From NCBI GenBank assembly GCA_977017645.1, contig OZ360240.1:71176001-71240000 (forward strand): a DNA stretch of 64,000 nucleotides. The letters are read 5' to 3'. The notes under the pieces were generated by a model. That model made no database searches. It saw only the letters and a list, made by a program, of their open reading frames with translations, and was not told the origin of the DNA. Each line of letters opens with the position of its first letter. The stretch's first letter is position 1. The position numbers and the translations under genes are program-made. Positions 38,001 to 50,981 of the stretch are shown here, one piece after another. The stretch is from Torpedo marmorata. Lineage: Eukaryota.

Positions 38001-40017
38001 TTTCCAAGAATTCAATATCTTTTTAAATCAATTCCTTATGAAATCCCTTCAAAATTTTTAAAAGATTTAAATTTAATTATTAGGAAGTTTTTGTGGAAAG
38101 GAAAGTTGGCTAGAGTAGGTATGGAGAAGTTAACTTGGAATTATGAAATGGGTGGTTTGCAACTTCCTAATTTTCAAAATTATTATAAAGCAGCTCATTT
38201 AAAATTTATTAATGAAATGTTTGATATAGCTAAGTCTTCTGCTTGGATTAGAATAGAATTAAATAATATAGGAGAAGATTTGAAAGAAGAAGTTATTTAT
38301 AAATGGAATTCTAAATTATTATTAACAAAAGGGAAGAATTCTCCTATTTTTAAACATTTGTTAGAAATATGGAATAGAGTGGACAGGGAGATAGGAGGGA
38401 AAGGGTCGATTTCTCCAAAAATGCCTTTATATCAAAATAAACTTATTCCATTTACTGTTGATAATCAATTATTTAAAATTTGGTTCCAAAAGGGAATTAA
38501 GAAAATAAATGATTGTTTTGAAGCTAGTAAATTTATTACTTTTCAAAGAATGAAATATAAGTTTAATGTATTGAATAATACACTTTTTGCTTATTATCAA
38601 ATTAGAGCATTTTTAGTTGGGAAGTTAGGTTATAGTTTGACTTTACCAAGACAGAGTGAACTAGAATTATTAGTTACTAATGAAGGTGTAAATAAATTTA
38701 TTTCTCAAATGTATATAGATTGTTTCAGAGAAAAATCCCTTAAGTAGGAATTCATAAATCAAGATTAAAATGGGAATCAGATTTGAATGTAACAATAGAC
38801 GAAGAACATTGGAAAGATTTATGTAAACTAAGTATGACGAAGATTATTAATGTTAGATATAGATTAGTTCAATATAATTTTTTTCATCAATTATATTTAA
38901 CACCTAAAAAATTAAAGAAATTTAATTCGACATTATCAGGTTTATGTTTTAGATGTAACAGAGAAGAAGGTTCTTTTGTACATTCTACATGGTTTTGTCC
39001 AAAGATTTATGATTTCTGGTTGAAAGTTAAAAAATTTTTAGATAAAGTATTGAGTATTACACTTCCAATGGATCCTATGATATTTTTGTTTGGAGATATT
39101 AAAAGAATTAGTATTAAGATGAAATTAAATATGTATCAAATAGAATTTTTGCGAATTGCTTTAGCTGTTTGTAAGAAATGCATTGCTATTACATGGAAAT
39201 CTGATGTAGATTTAGGGTTAGAGAGATGGCATGCAGAACTTCGTTCATGTATACCACTTGAAAAAATTACTTATAATTTAGGTAATAAATATCATTTCTT
39301 TTTGAAAATATGGAGCCCATATATGAAGGTTGTTGGTTTAAGGATTTGAAGATCTCTGGACATCGGATCTGACTGGCGAACCTATCATCCATAATAAAAT
39401 CAGTTTATAGATGTGCTTTTTAGATTGACATTCTCCTTATTCTATCTTTGTCTTTCTTTTTTATTTTTATTTTAGTAGATTAGTAGGGATGGGAGGGTTA
39501 GGGAGGGGAGGGAGGGATGAAAATGTATCACAAGTATTTTGATAATTTCATTTTTTACCTTATGTATTTTGTGATTTAAAATTTTAAATAAAATATTTTT
39601 AAAAAAAGGGACAACATTTCACATCTGTAAGAGCCATTAACTGTGACAGTCCTGAATGAGTGATTAGAGCTAAGAAGTAATTAAAGGCTTTGGGAGTCAC
39701 CGTTGAGTGATCAATGTAACAACAAGACATTCCAATTCCATGAACAAATGTAAAAGCGGTTTCCAATTAGTTTTCAATTTGTGAGAACATGTGAAACCAT
39801 ACGTAGGTATTGATCTTTTTCACTATATAAGTCAACCCCTGAAGTACTGACTTTGGAGAAGGACTCAGCACTAAAGAGTCATTGACTTTTCATAGTGCCT
39901 CCTATCTCCCGCCAGCATTACTGCAGAAATAAACTGTTTGTGTTTTAAAACTGGTTCTGTGGTTCTCCGCTATATTCTTTATTCACAGATAAGTTTGAAG
40001 CACAGGCAACTTTTACA
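35008..40017 (+). mobile_element. Solo LTR (about 625 bp) split by the 35233-39605 L1
   Basis: TGTTAAAGTT...AACTTTTACA ends, 4-bp TSD tctc, TATATAA near 39825 and AATAAA near 39928. Confidence 0.75.
35233..39605 (+). mobile_element. AT-rich L1-clade LINE: probable ORF1 3' end, spacer and complete but disrupted ORF2 (about 35589-39349; APE endonuclease, RT, CCHC)
   Basis: 13-bp TSD aagggacaacatt at 35220-35232 and 39606-39618; NINGL, LQETH followed by a premature TAG, GGDFN, SRID, SDHSP, DAEKAFD, LFADD. Confidence 0.94.
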
Positions 40018-41603
40018 TCTCTTTGGCTCAGATCAAGCAACATTGACTGAAATTCCAAACTTGCCCTCGTACTCAGAGGCTGCCTGACTTGCTGAACATT
40101 TCCCAGCAGTGTGCATTTGTGGTTCAGATTTCCAGCACCCAGCGTCCACTGGTTCCCTGCTTCATGCTACCCCTCAGCAGACAGTTTGGTTATCTAGACC
40201 AAGTACTCAGCTGCATTACTTGCTTTATGTGAGCAAAGTCCACTCAGCTCTTGACTGGTGTGCCTGGAACCAGCTGCGTCCATAGCTGCATCTTATCTTT
40301 ATAGATTAGATAGAGGTAGGTAAGTTGTTTCCATCGGTGGGGGAGACTAGAACTGGGGGACACAGCCTCAAGATCCAGGGCAGTAGATTTAGGACAGAGA
40401 TGAGGAGGAACTGCTTTTCCCAGGGGGTGGTGAATCTATGGAATTTGCTGCCCATTGAAGCAGTGGAGGCTACCTCAGTGAATATATTTAAGACAAGGTT
40501 GGATAGATTTTTTTACAAAGGAGGGGAATTAAGGGATATAGGGAAAGGCAGGTAGGTGGAGATGAGCCTATGATCAGATCAGCCATGATCTCATTGAATG
40601 GTGGAGCAGGCTCGACGGGCCGGATGGCCTACTCCTGCTCCTATTTCTTCTGTTCTTATGTCCCTGCACCCCCGCCACTGAATCACTCCACAGCTCAGTG
40701 TGACCTAGTCGGGCAGGCAGTGCGGCCACTCAGCACTGGGATGGGGGACTTAGGGCTGCACTGTGGCCAGCATGGTGAGTATGGGTCATGGCTGGGGGAT
40801 AAGCAGCATTTGCCCGGATCCAACGGCCTCGCTCATCACTTCCAGTGGTAATGCTGCTGGCCCTTACACATCCCACTCCACTCCTCACAGGGAGCCTCAC
40901 CATGCCCAGCCATCGGGCACTAGTGGATGGCATTGACTCACCACAGGCTCCCAGCACTGTCAGTAACACATCTCTCCATACATAATTTAGCATTGATTCC
41001 ACGAGTGCATTTGTTCCTGGAAACTTATCCCAAACACTAATGTAGCTTCTGCAGGAGGCAAATGGTACACACAATCTGCAGCCTGCAAGTTACCATGTGC
41101 AACCATTTATTTCATAGTTTCTCATGTCACAGCACTATTGCTTTATAAACCGTAGATCAGTGTGCATTATATAAACGAGCAGGTAATCCACTGCAATTTC
41201 AAGTAACTGTATTTTAGAATGCACTCATTCAACAATTTAATTATCCTTTCTCTTGAATAACTTCGGATATCATCTTCGATTTACACGTCCCTCAGACATG
41301 CTATCATCTGGTAACCCTTTACACCCACACTCTGAATCACAGGCATTACTCAGCTGCTTGTGCATCCTAGCCAATCACCAACCTCCCCTTCCTTCCCTCT
41401 TTTCTTGCAACTCAAGGCTCATTTCATGTCCTTTTCAAGTTGTGATGAAAAATTAATGACCCAGAATGCTACCCGATTATCTATACAGATGCTGCCTGAC
41501 CTGCAGACCACTTCCCCAAGCCTGAAGTCGAGCAGCTCGAGCTTCAGAAACAGTTTTATTCCAACAGCTGTTGGGCTCCTGAATCTCCCCGTACTACCTA
41601 AAC

Positions 41604-41959
41604 CAGTGGTTTTCAAACTGCCCCTCTAAACTCACATTCCACCTTATGTATTCCCTATGCCATAAGTGCTCTGTGATTAGTAAGGGATTGCTTAAGGTGG
41701 TATGTGAGTGGAAAGAAAAAGTTTGAAAACCACTGTTTTAATCGTACCTAATGACTCGTTATATAACTCCAAAGGAAAGGGCCAATGACAATTTTTCTCA
41801 AGCAAAATATTTCAGTAACAATTGGGTCGAGAGCAGTAGTTCTCAACCTTCCCATTCACATACCACCTTAAGCAATCCCTTACTAATCACAGAGCACTTA
41901 TGGCATAGGGATTGTTTAAGGTGGAATATGAGTTTAGGGGGGCAGTTTGAAAACCACTG
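41604..41959. mobile_element. hAT composite MITE, second copy
   Basis: Same ends; TSD acctaaac / accgaaac. Confidence 0.88.
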
Positions 41960-42099
41960 ACCGAAACCATAAACTATGTTAGCACCACAAAACGATCTGT
42001 CTGCACGATGAAACTCCACTTTTTTCTTGCACTAACTGTAACTGATTATCTATCTTTTATATTAGCTCTTTCTGTACTGGGCTAATTTATTGTATACTA

Positions 42100-42735
42100 C
42101 AGGTCGGGTACCCTGTATCCGAAGTTCCGAATACCGAAAAGATCCAAATACCGAACTTTTTTTTAAGCACCGACATGACGTCACAAGTTGAAAAAAATTC
42201 ACCACCCGACTTGCCCATGTGGGGCTCTGACGTTCTGTTGGCGCCAGTTTGGTAACAATGGAGCTCAGAACCAGCCGGGAAGACAGACGCTGAACGGCTG
42301 GATGTCGGCTCAGAGAAGCAGGCTGGAATCTCGAGCCATCAGTGAGCGACTGGAGGAAGTCGGCGGGTCAGGCAGTACATGGGGAGAAATTAGAACTCCG
42401 ATTGTCCTCGTTTCAGGTAACTCCCTCCCCTCTCTCTTTCCATTTCTTCTTTACCCTCCACTGTACTTGGTTTACAAACTGCGTGCCGCTGTCTCCCAGC
42501 CGCAAACGGTCGGAAGAATCCTTTGTCCCGGCGACATCAAGGAGAGCGGTCTCCCGGGCAGGAGCGGGGACTGTAGTCGGGACCAGTGGTGGTGGGGAGG
42601 TGTCGGGGATCGGCAACAGCTGATGCTACTGTGCTGTTTTTTTGTTTTTTTTTCAGTTTTGTCCTGATAACCAAAAAACCCATTAACCGAACAACGTCTG
42701 GTCCCGAGTGTTTTGGATACGGGGTACTGTACCTG
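42100..42735. mobile_element. Tigger/pogo-like MITE
   Basis: Imperfect TIRs CAGGTCGGGTACCCTGTATCCGAA / TTGGATACGGGGTACTGTACCTG with TA TSD. Confidence 0.75.
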
Positions 42736-42779
42736 TATTGTATTTTTTTTTTTTACAAAATGTACCCGCTTGACTGCAG

Positions 42780-43748
42780 TGTTATGGACCATAACTGACC
42801 ATTTGGACTGCGGACGGTCAGCAGGAAGGATGAAGTCTTTTGGAGTACACACTGGGACCTGGTACTGAAAGAGTTAACTTGCCCAGGACTTCTTGTACTT
42901 ACCAGAGAGAGAGAGACACCAGGGGGAGACAGACTGTGAAAAGATATATACTTAGTTGGTTGGACTTTTGAAAAAGGCAGGTGAAGACCTCTGCAGGAAG
43001 GCCTTAAAGTTCAGTCGTGGAAAACTGAATCAGTGGCAGTTTTGGAGTTGCAAAGGCAGGAGAACTCAGCAGGATCCAGGCTTGTGCATCCCAGAGAAAA
43101 GGTTGGGAGAAGAACACAGAACCTTCTGAATCAGAAAAAAATCCAGGCTTGTGCATCCCAGGGGAAAAGGTTGGGACCAAAAACAAGGCCTTGGTGATTC
43201 AGCAAAATCCTGAGTTGAGGGCAGCTTTTGTGAAGAACAGGCATGAGATCAGCGAGACAGACTGTGAGATCCAAGTACACGCCTCAATCAAAAACGGATC
43301 TGGATTCGCAATCCTTGTTAAAACACTAGAAGGGAAAGTCATCAGAGAAGAAAAGCAAGCCAAGCATTCGTAAGCATAAACAGTCATTGTCTCTCTCTCC
43401 AACGTTCATTAAGAAGTCCTTCTTGCCAGCACACAGAGCTGAATTTGGACACTGAACATAGAGAGTGAATTTTTGTGGACTGTATTTTTGGGACTGACTT
43501 GTTTTTATGACTGACCTGGGGTTTTTGGGGAAGGTTTTTCCATTTTTTTTACATGAGGGTTGGGCACAGACTGTAATGGTCTGGGCTTTACACACACACA
43601 CCTTTTAGATAAGAATAGTGTTTATAGATGTTTATAGTGGGGTTAATTGTTGTGAAATTATATGTTTAATTGTCTTTAATAAATCTAAATTTCAATTTTA
43701 CCCCTTTTGCATTGCGTCTTCTGTTGTTGCTGGTTTGAATTTGTAACA
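42780..43748 (+). mobile_element. Solo LTR (969 bp), same family as 8026-8957
   Basis: TGTTA...TAACA ends, 4-bp TSD gcag; colinear with 8026-8957. Confidence 0.88.
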
Positions 43749-45765
43749 GCAGCAAGTAAAAATTTCGGGGTATTATACCTGTGTGGATGACAATAAATCC
43801 ATCATCATTGTTAAAATCAAAAGAAAATAAACATTACTCTGGAATAGCTCCCTGAAGCATCCTTGGGTCCCTGTAAAATGGAAGATTTGATTGGTAACTT
43901 CCGTTGTTTAGGAACCAGATTAAGGTTTGAGGGTTGCAGGGGTCACACCCTTTATCTTACAGCTAGATGCCTATGTTAAAACTCGCCAATCTATCAGGCA
44001 TAAGGGCTGTTGGCGACTCGAGGCTAAGAACCCACGCAGGCAGAGGGCTGCTGGCGACTGGGGTCAAAGGACTCACACCAGGCTGCAGGTTGCTGGAGAC
44101 TGGCTCGAGACTGGCTGAAAGGATACCAGGTATCGGAAGCTGGATGTGAGAGGGTGCTGAAGGCTTCCTGATCGCGTCAGAGGTTTGCATCTGGAGCTTG
44201 GGTTGCCAGACTAGTCTGTGTGGGTGCAGAGGCTTGTGGGAGCGCTGGAGATGAATCCACGTACACTCAGTGACTCTGAAGGGACTATCGTTTGCTTTTC
44301 TTTCTCTGACTGTAAGGGGCGCCGGGCAATTTCTGCTGATGGTGAATCTTTGTCTGCCTTACAGCAGACTAAATGCAATGTTGTGTAATACTACATCTGT
44401 TTATTACATGACAATAAAATAATCTTGATAGTAGAGGGATCCACCATGGAAATCAGGCATACAGGGAGTGATTACACACTAAGGGTCAGCACTAGCTGGT
44501 TATAGACTTCCAGAAGAGGGAGGAGCTCTCACTTGTCTGCATCAACAATGATGAGATAGTAAATTGGTAGATAGCTTTGAATTCCAAGGAGATCCAGTGA
44601 CCTGTCCCGGTCCATGCAATAGCCAAGAAAGTGCACCAGCATCTCTCTTCCTCCATAGAAGCCAGAGGAAATGTAGCAGCATCCCTTACAACTTGTAGAG
44701 GTGAATCATTGTAAGCATCCCGTCAAGATGCATCATTGCGTGGGACTGCTCCAGCGAAAACTACAAGAAATTGCAGAGGCTCGCACGCGTAAACATACAC
44801 TTACTGTATAACCTCCACTACTTTGGAAAATCAGGCAACATATTAAAAGACTGTCCCACCCCAGCCACACACTCTTCATCCCCCTCCCATCAGAAAGAAG
44901 ATTTACAAGTATGAGATCATGCATCACTAGATTCAAGGACAAATTCTTTCCTGCTGTTGTCAGACTCCTAAATGAACCTCACAAAAACAATTATGTTGCC
45001 GTTGCTCTGTACTAACTGACTTCTCTCTGCAACACTGCACTTCTGTACTGTCTTACTTGCTGCACTATGAGATGTCTAGCCAGACTTCTTGCAAAACAAA
45101 CTCTCACTGCACCTTGGTACATAACAAGCTTGAATGTTGAAGAGTTGATTCAAAAGAACCACTTGTGTTGATTTTTCACCAGATCAGTGCATGTTTGGCC
45201 TTACTGAATTATCCCACTTGCATGTGAAAACTAATCTTTTACCCCACGTTTGGAATGGAGAGAGGGAAATGTCCGATAGGTAGAACCTTGGAGTGACTGA
45301 ATGGCAGAGAAGCATGACCAAGGACAGTGAGATTGAGGCTTATGCAACAGAAGAATTTGACACGTCTAACAGATTAGGGAAAACCAGGACAGTGCCCCAA
45401 AATGACGCAAATGCAGACTGGCTTTCACTCAGAAGCAGAGAGAACTCTGGAACTGGTTGCCTGATCAAGCAGATCCTCGAATCCTTCCAGAGTCCAACGT
45501 AGAAGTGGGTGACAGAAAAGCAATCACGGCTGTTAAACAGCCAGTGGATCAGAGACTTTTTCTCTTTTTTTTTCCTAACTGTCTGGACTCCTGTAGAGAG
45601 AGATCGCACAGCAGTGGTGCAACCATTACAGCAGGTGCCTCTCAGCTGCAAGGACCCAGATTTGATCCTGACCTCCAGTGTAATAATGCAACAAATTTGT
45701 CAACCTTTGACAAATTATTAAGACAAACAAAGAGGCACCCCCACCAATAAGAGAAAGAGAAGCAG

Positions 45766-48741
45766 AAAATTAATTGAAAGAACCAAACAAAGATACTATG
45801 AGTTAGGGGAAAGAGCCCATAAAGTTTTGGCTTGGCAATTAAAAAAAAAATCAAACTTCTAGAACTATAAATGCTATAAGGAAAAAGAACTCTAGAGAAA
45901 TAACTTATAAACCTCGAGAAATAAATGATTCTTTTAAAGATTATTATTTGAATTTATATAAATCTCAGATTGATCAAGATGATTCTAAAATTACTAGATT
46001 TTTATCTAAAATTATATTACCTAAATTGAATATTCAAAGTAGAGAATCTTTAGATTTACCTTTCTCAATGAGGGAAGTTAATGAAGTTCTTACTTCTCTA
46101 AAGAGTGGTAAATCTCCAGGTGAAGATGGATTTCCATCAGAATTTTACAAAGAGTTTAAAGATTTATTAATACCTCCATATATGGATGTATTGAATCAAA
46201 TTACGGAAACTCATTCATTACCAGATACTTTCTTAAATGCAATAATTACAGTTATACCAAAGAAAGATAGAGATGTATTGAAAACTGAATCTTATAGACC
46301 TATTTCATTGTTAAATGTAGATTATAAGATAATGGCAAACATTTTAGCAAATAGAATGGCTAATTATTTACCAGATTTAATTCATGTAGATCAAGCTGGT
46401 TTTATTAAAAATAGATATTCAAAAGATAATATAGCTAGATTGATTAGTTTAATTAATTTACATAAAAAGGAAGATTTACCATTAGTTTTAACTTTAGACG
46501 CTGAAAAGGCTTTTGATAGATTAGAGTGGAATTTTTTATTTAAGGTATTGGAGAAATTTGGTTTTGGAAATACATTTATTAATTGGATTAAAACTATATA
46601 TAAAGAACCATCTGCTAAAGTAGTTACAAATGGACAAATTTCTTCAAGATTTCCTTTGACTCGATCTACTAGATAAGGATGTCCTTTGTCACCAGCATTA
46701 TTTATTTTGGCGATAGAACCTTTGGCAGAATTAGTTAGAAAAGATCCTAAAATAGTTGGTATTAAAGTTGGAATGGAAGAACATAAAATTAGTTTATTTG
46801 CAGATGATGTATTGATATATATGACAAAATCTACTACATCCTTAGTACAATTGTCTGTGTTATTGAGAGAATATGGGGAAATATCTGGATATAAAATTAA
46901 TTCTGATAAAAGTGAAATTATGGCATTATCACAAGGGGATTATAGTAGATGTAAAGAAATTACACAATTTAAATGGGCAAAGGAAGGAATTAAATATTTG
47001 GGAATAAGGGTTGACACAAAACTGGCTAATTTATACAAATTAAATTATGTACCATTATTTGTGAAAATAAAGAAAGATTTAGAAAATTGGAAAGATTTAC
47101 CTATAACTTTAATGGGAAGAGTAAATTGGATTAAAATGAATGTTTTTCCAAGAATTCAATATCTTTTTCAATCAATTCCTTATGAAATTCCTCAAAAATT
47201 TTTTAAAGATTTAAATTCAATTATTAGAAATTTTTTTATGGAAAGGAAAGTTAGCAAGAGTAGGTATGGAAAAATTAACTTGGAATTATGAAATGGGTGG
47301 TTTACAACTTCCAAAATTATTATAAAGCAGCTCAACTAAAATTTGTTAATGAATTTTTTGATTCAACTAAACCTTCTGCTTGGATTAAAATAGAATTAAA
47401 TAATATAGGAGAAGATTCCAAAGAAGAAGTTATTTATAAATGGGATTCTAAATTAATATCAACAAGAAAGAAAAATTCACCTATTTTTAAACATTTGTTA
47501 GAAATATGGAATAAGACGGATAAGGAAATAGGAAGAAAAGGATTGATTTCTTCAAGGATGCCTTTATATCAAAATGGACTTATTCCATTTACTATTAATA
47601 ATCAATTATTAAAAATTTGGTTTCAAAAAGGAATTAAGAAAATTAATGATTGTTTTGAAGCTGGGAAATTTATTACTTTTCAAAGAATGAAAGATAAATT
47701 TAATATATTAGCTAATACACTTTTTGCTTATTATCAAATTAGAGCTTTTCTGATTGAGAAATTAGGTTATGCTTTGATTTTACCAAGACAGAATGAATTA
47801 GAATTATTAGTTACTAAAGGAGATGTCAATAAATTTATTTCTCAAATGTATAAATTGTTTCAGAGGAAAATGCCTAAAGTAGGAATTCATAAATCAAGAT
47901 TAAAATGGGAATTAGATTTGAATGTAAGAATAGATGAAAATCATTGGAAAGAATTATGTAAATTAAGTATGACGAAGATTATTAATGTTAGATATAGATT
48001 AGTACAATACAATTTTTTTCATCACTTATATTTAACACCTAAAAAACTAAAGAAATTTAATCCGATATTATCAGGTTTATGTTTTAGATGTAATAAAGAG
48101 GAAGGTTCTTTTGTACATTCTACATGGTTTTGTCCAAAAGTTTATGATTTTGGTTGAAAGTTAAAATTTTTTTAGATAAAGTACCGTATTTAAGATTACA
48201 TTTCCAATGGATCCTATGGTATTTTTGTTTGGAGATATTAGAAAATTTAGTATTAAGGTGAAATTAAATATGTATCAAATAGAATTTTTGCGAATTGCTT
48301 TAGCTGTTTCAAAGAAATGTATTGCTATTACTTGGAAATCTGATTTAGGATTAGAAAGATGGCATGCAGAACTTCGTTCGTGTATAGCACTTGAAAAAAT
48401 TACTTATAATTTACGTAACAAATATCATTTCTTCTTAAAAATTTGGAGCTCATATATGAAAGTTGTTGGTTTAAGGATTTGAAGATCTCTGGATATCGGA
48501 TCTACTGGCATACTTGACCTCCATAATAGAATTAGTTTATAGATTGGCATTCTCCTTACTCTTATCTTTTTCTTTCTTTTTTCTTCTTCTTTTTCTATTT
48601 TTATTTTTATTAGATTAGTGGGGTTGGGAGGGTTGGGGAGGGGAGGGGGGGGAGAAAATGTATCACAAATAACTTGATAATTTTATATTTTATTTATGTA
48701 TTTTGTGATTTAAAAATTTTAAATAAAATATTTTTTAAAAA
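45766..48741 (+). mobile_element. AT-rich L1-clade LINE, 5'-truncated ORF2
   Basis: 17-bp TSD aagagaaagagaagcag at 45749-45765 and 48742-48758; RT ORFs 45948-48482 with stops and frameshifts. Confidence 0.93.
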
Positions 48742-50472
48742 AAGAGAAAGAGAAGCAGGAGAAAGTCCCTTCAGAGACACTGAGTGTATGTGGATTCACC
48801 TCCACTGCTCCCACAGCCTCTGCATCTGCACAGCCTCCAGCAGTGAACCCAATATGAACCCCTGGTAAGATTAAGAAACTGTTACAATCAGAGGCCCTTC
48901 AGGAACCCTGCTCGCCATCAGCACCCTCACCAATCATGGTTCATGGTCCCGATACAAGGATACCACAAGCAGCTCACAGCCAGGAGTGAGGCCTTCAGCA
49001 GATGAGCCTCTCGCTGGTGTCTGCTGCCGTGGTCTCCTTCCCTGTGGGTTGTCTTCTCAGCTGGTGGGGGCGGGGTGGTGGAAAGGGGATGTTCTCCCTC
49101 TCTGGTGCCCTGCCCCTGTCTGCTGCTCCCCTAGCGTCTGCCACCCCTCGTGGTCCGCTTCCATGTATAGGCATCGCCATCTTGGGCACAGACCACCATG
49201 GTTTCAAAATGGTAAAAGAACACCGTCAGCCCCTTCTCCAGGCTGCTTAAAGCCTGCCTGGGGCAGTCAGCTTAATAACCCGGCAGAGGGACTCTGTGGA
49301 GGAGCGCTGTGTCTCCGTTCCCCTGGGTACGGGGCCGTCAGCACAACAATCAGACAGTAGGACCCTGCAGCGGAGCACTGTGTCTCCGCTCCCCAGGGTA
49401 CGAAGCCGTCAGCATAACAACCAGGCAGCAGGACCCTGCGGAGATGTGCTGTGTCTCCACTCCCCCGGTTCTGACATCTTCACTCTTTTCCCTTGGGTAC
49501 ACCAGTTTTTGCCCACATCCAAAGAAATGCTTCAGGTTAATTGGGTATTGTAAATAAATAATCCCTAATGTAGGTGGGTGGCAGGAAAATCAGAGTGAGT
49601 CTGAAGTCAATGGTGATGGGAGTGGGAAATTTGGATGAGTGCAGATAGGTGTAAAATGGCTAGTATGGATGAGATGGGCTGAAGAACTTGTTTGTGTCCT
49701 GTGAGATTAAGGCTCCAGCCAGGTGGGATGATAGGTGCTGTAACCCTTGCGGCTTTGTGATGGTTTTGGACAGGTTGGATGGACCAGTGCAAACAAAGAA
49801 CCTTTCCAAATTAAACTGTTTATTGCTATATATACTGAGACACTGAGAGAAATTGTTTGCGCGCTTTCCAGGCAAGTGAACCCCTACTCAAGTACAGCAG
49901 GTAGTGTGAAGCTAAAATGTAGAGTATAGTGTTATACAGAGAAAAGGTTCAGCTAAAACCGCGCGAGAGAGCAGCACTGGTTAATGAAGGAGAGGTCTGT
50001 TTGAGAGTCTTAACAGGGTGGAAGAAACTGCCCTTGAATCTGGTGGTGCACTTTTTCAAGCTCATGCACATTCTGACCAACAGGAAGGAGGAGAGAGTGT
50101 GACTAGGGTGGGACACATTGGTGATTTCCTGAGGCAGTGGGAAGTGGGAAAAACAGGAAGTCGAGGGAGGGGAGGTTGGTTTGTGTGATGGCCTGAGCTG
50201 CGGTCACAAACCTCCACAGTTCCTTGTGGTCTTGGACAGAGCAGTTCCTATCCCAGGATGTACATCCAGACAGGATACTTCTATGGTGCATCTAGACCAA
50301 GGGTGGCCAAAGTACAGCCCCGGGCCAACTGCGGTCTGTTGCCCATTTTTAAGTGGCCCGTTAAAAACAGTCTCTAACAATAGGAGGTAGAAGGGGAGAT
50401 AGTCAGTCTTTTTCCAAGGGTGGTAATGCCAAACACTACAGGGCAGAGATTTAAGATGAGCAGGGGAAAGTT

Positions 50473-50701
50473 ATAAAATAAGTTTTTAAATGGTTCTCTC
50501 CTCACTATTAATCTATTTTTCTTTTTTTTCTTTTTCTCTTTTTTTAAAAAAAACTATTTTTCGATTAGTGGGGTTGGGGGGGTTAGGGAAGGGTGGGAGG
50601 GTTTGGGGGGAGGAAATATATATCACTTGTATTATGGAAATTATATATTTTGAATTGTGTATTGTGTGATTTAAAAATTTAAATAAAATATTTTTAAAAA
50701 A
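50473..50701 (+). mobile_element. L1 3'-UTR fragment inserted in a CR1 fragment
   Basis: TSD agcaggggaaagtt at 50459-50472 and 50702-50715; G-rich tract and the same terminal aaataaaatatttttaaaaa as the long copies. Confidence 0.85.
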
Positions 50702-50819
50702 AGCAGGGGAAAGTTTAAAAAGAGATTTATGAGGCAATTCGTTTTCCGTTTTACACAGAGTGGTGGGTGCTTGGAACATGCTGCCAAGGGAACTGGTGGA
50801 AGTAGATATGATAGCAGTG

Positions 50820-50981
50820 CTTAGAGAAACACGATAGGCTGCAGTCGCTGTGATTGTAGTAAAAACACCGAAATGCTGGAGGAAGCATCTATAGGAGACA
50901 AAGATATATTGCCGATGTTTCAGGCCTGAGCCCTTCTTCACAAAGATATATTGCCGACGTTTCGGGCCTGAGCCCTTCTTC
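50820..50981 (-). repeat. Penelope pLTR-derived repeat with two tandem hammerhead-like units
   Basis: Units 50899-50940 and 50941-50981 read GAAGA-A-GGGCTCAGGCC(C/T)-GAAAC(G/A)TC-GGCAATATATCTTTG on minus, followed by the ...CCTCCAGCATTT tail also seen at 28090. Confidence 0.7.

Noticed and set aside
40018-40037. U2 snRNA-like stretch ctttggctcagatcaag
   Set aside because: Only about 17 nt of imperfect similarity, with no flanking U2 match.
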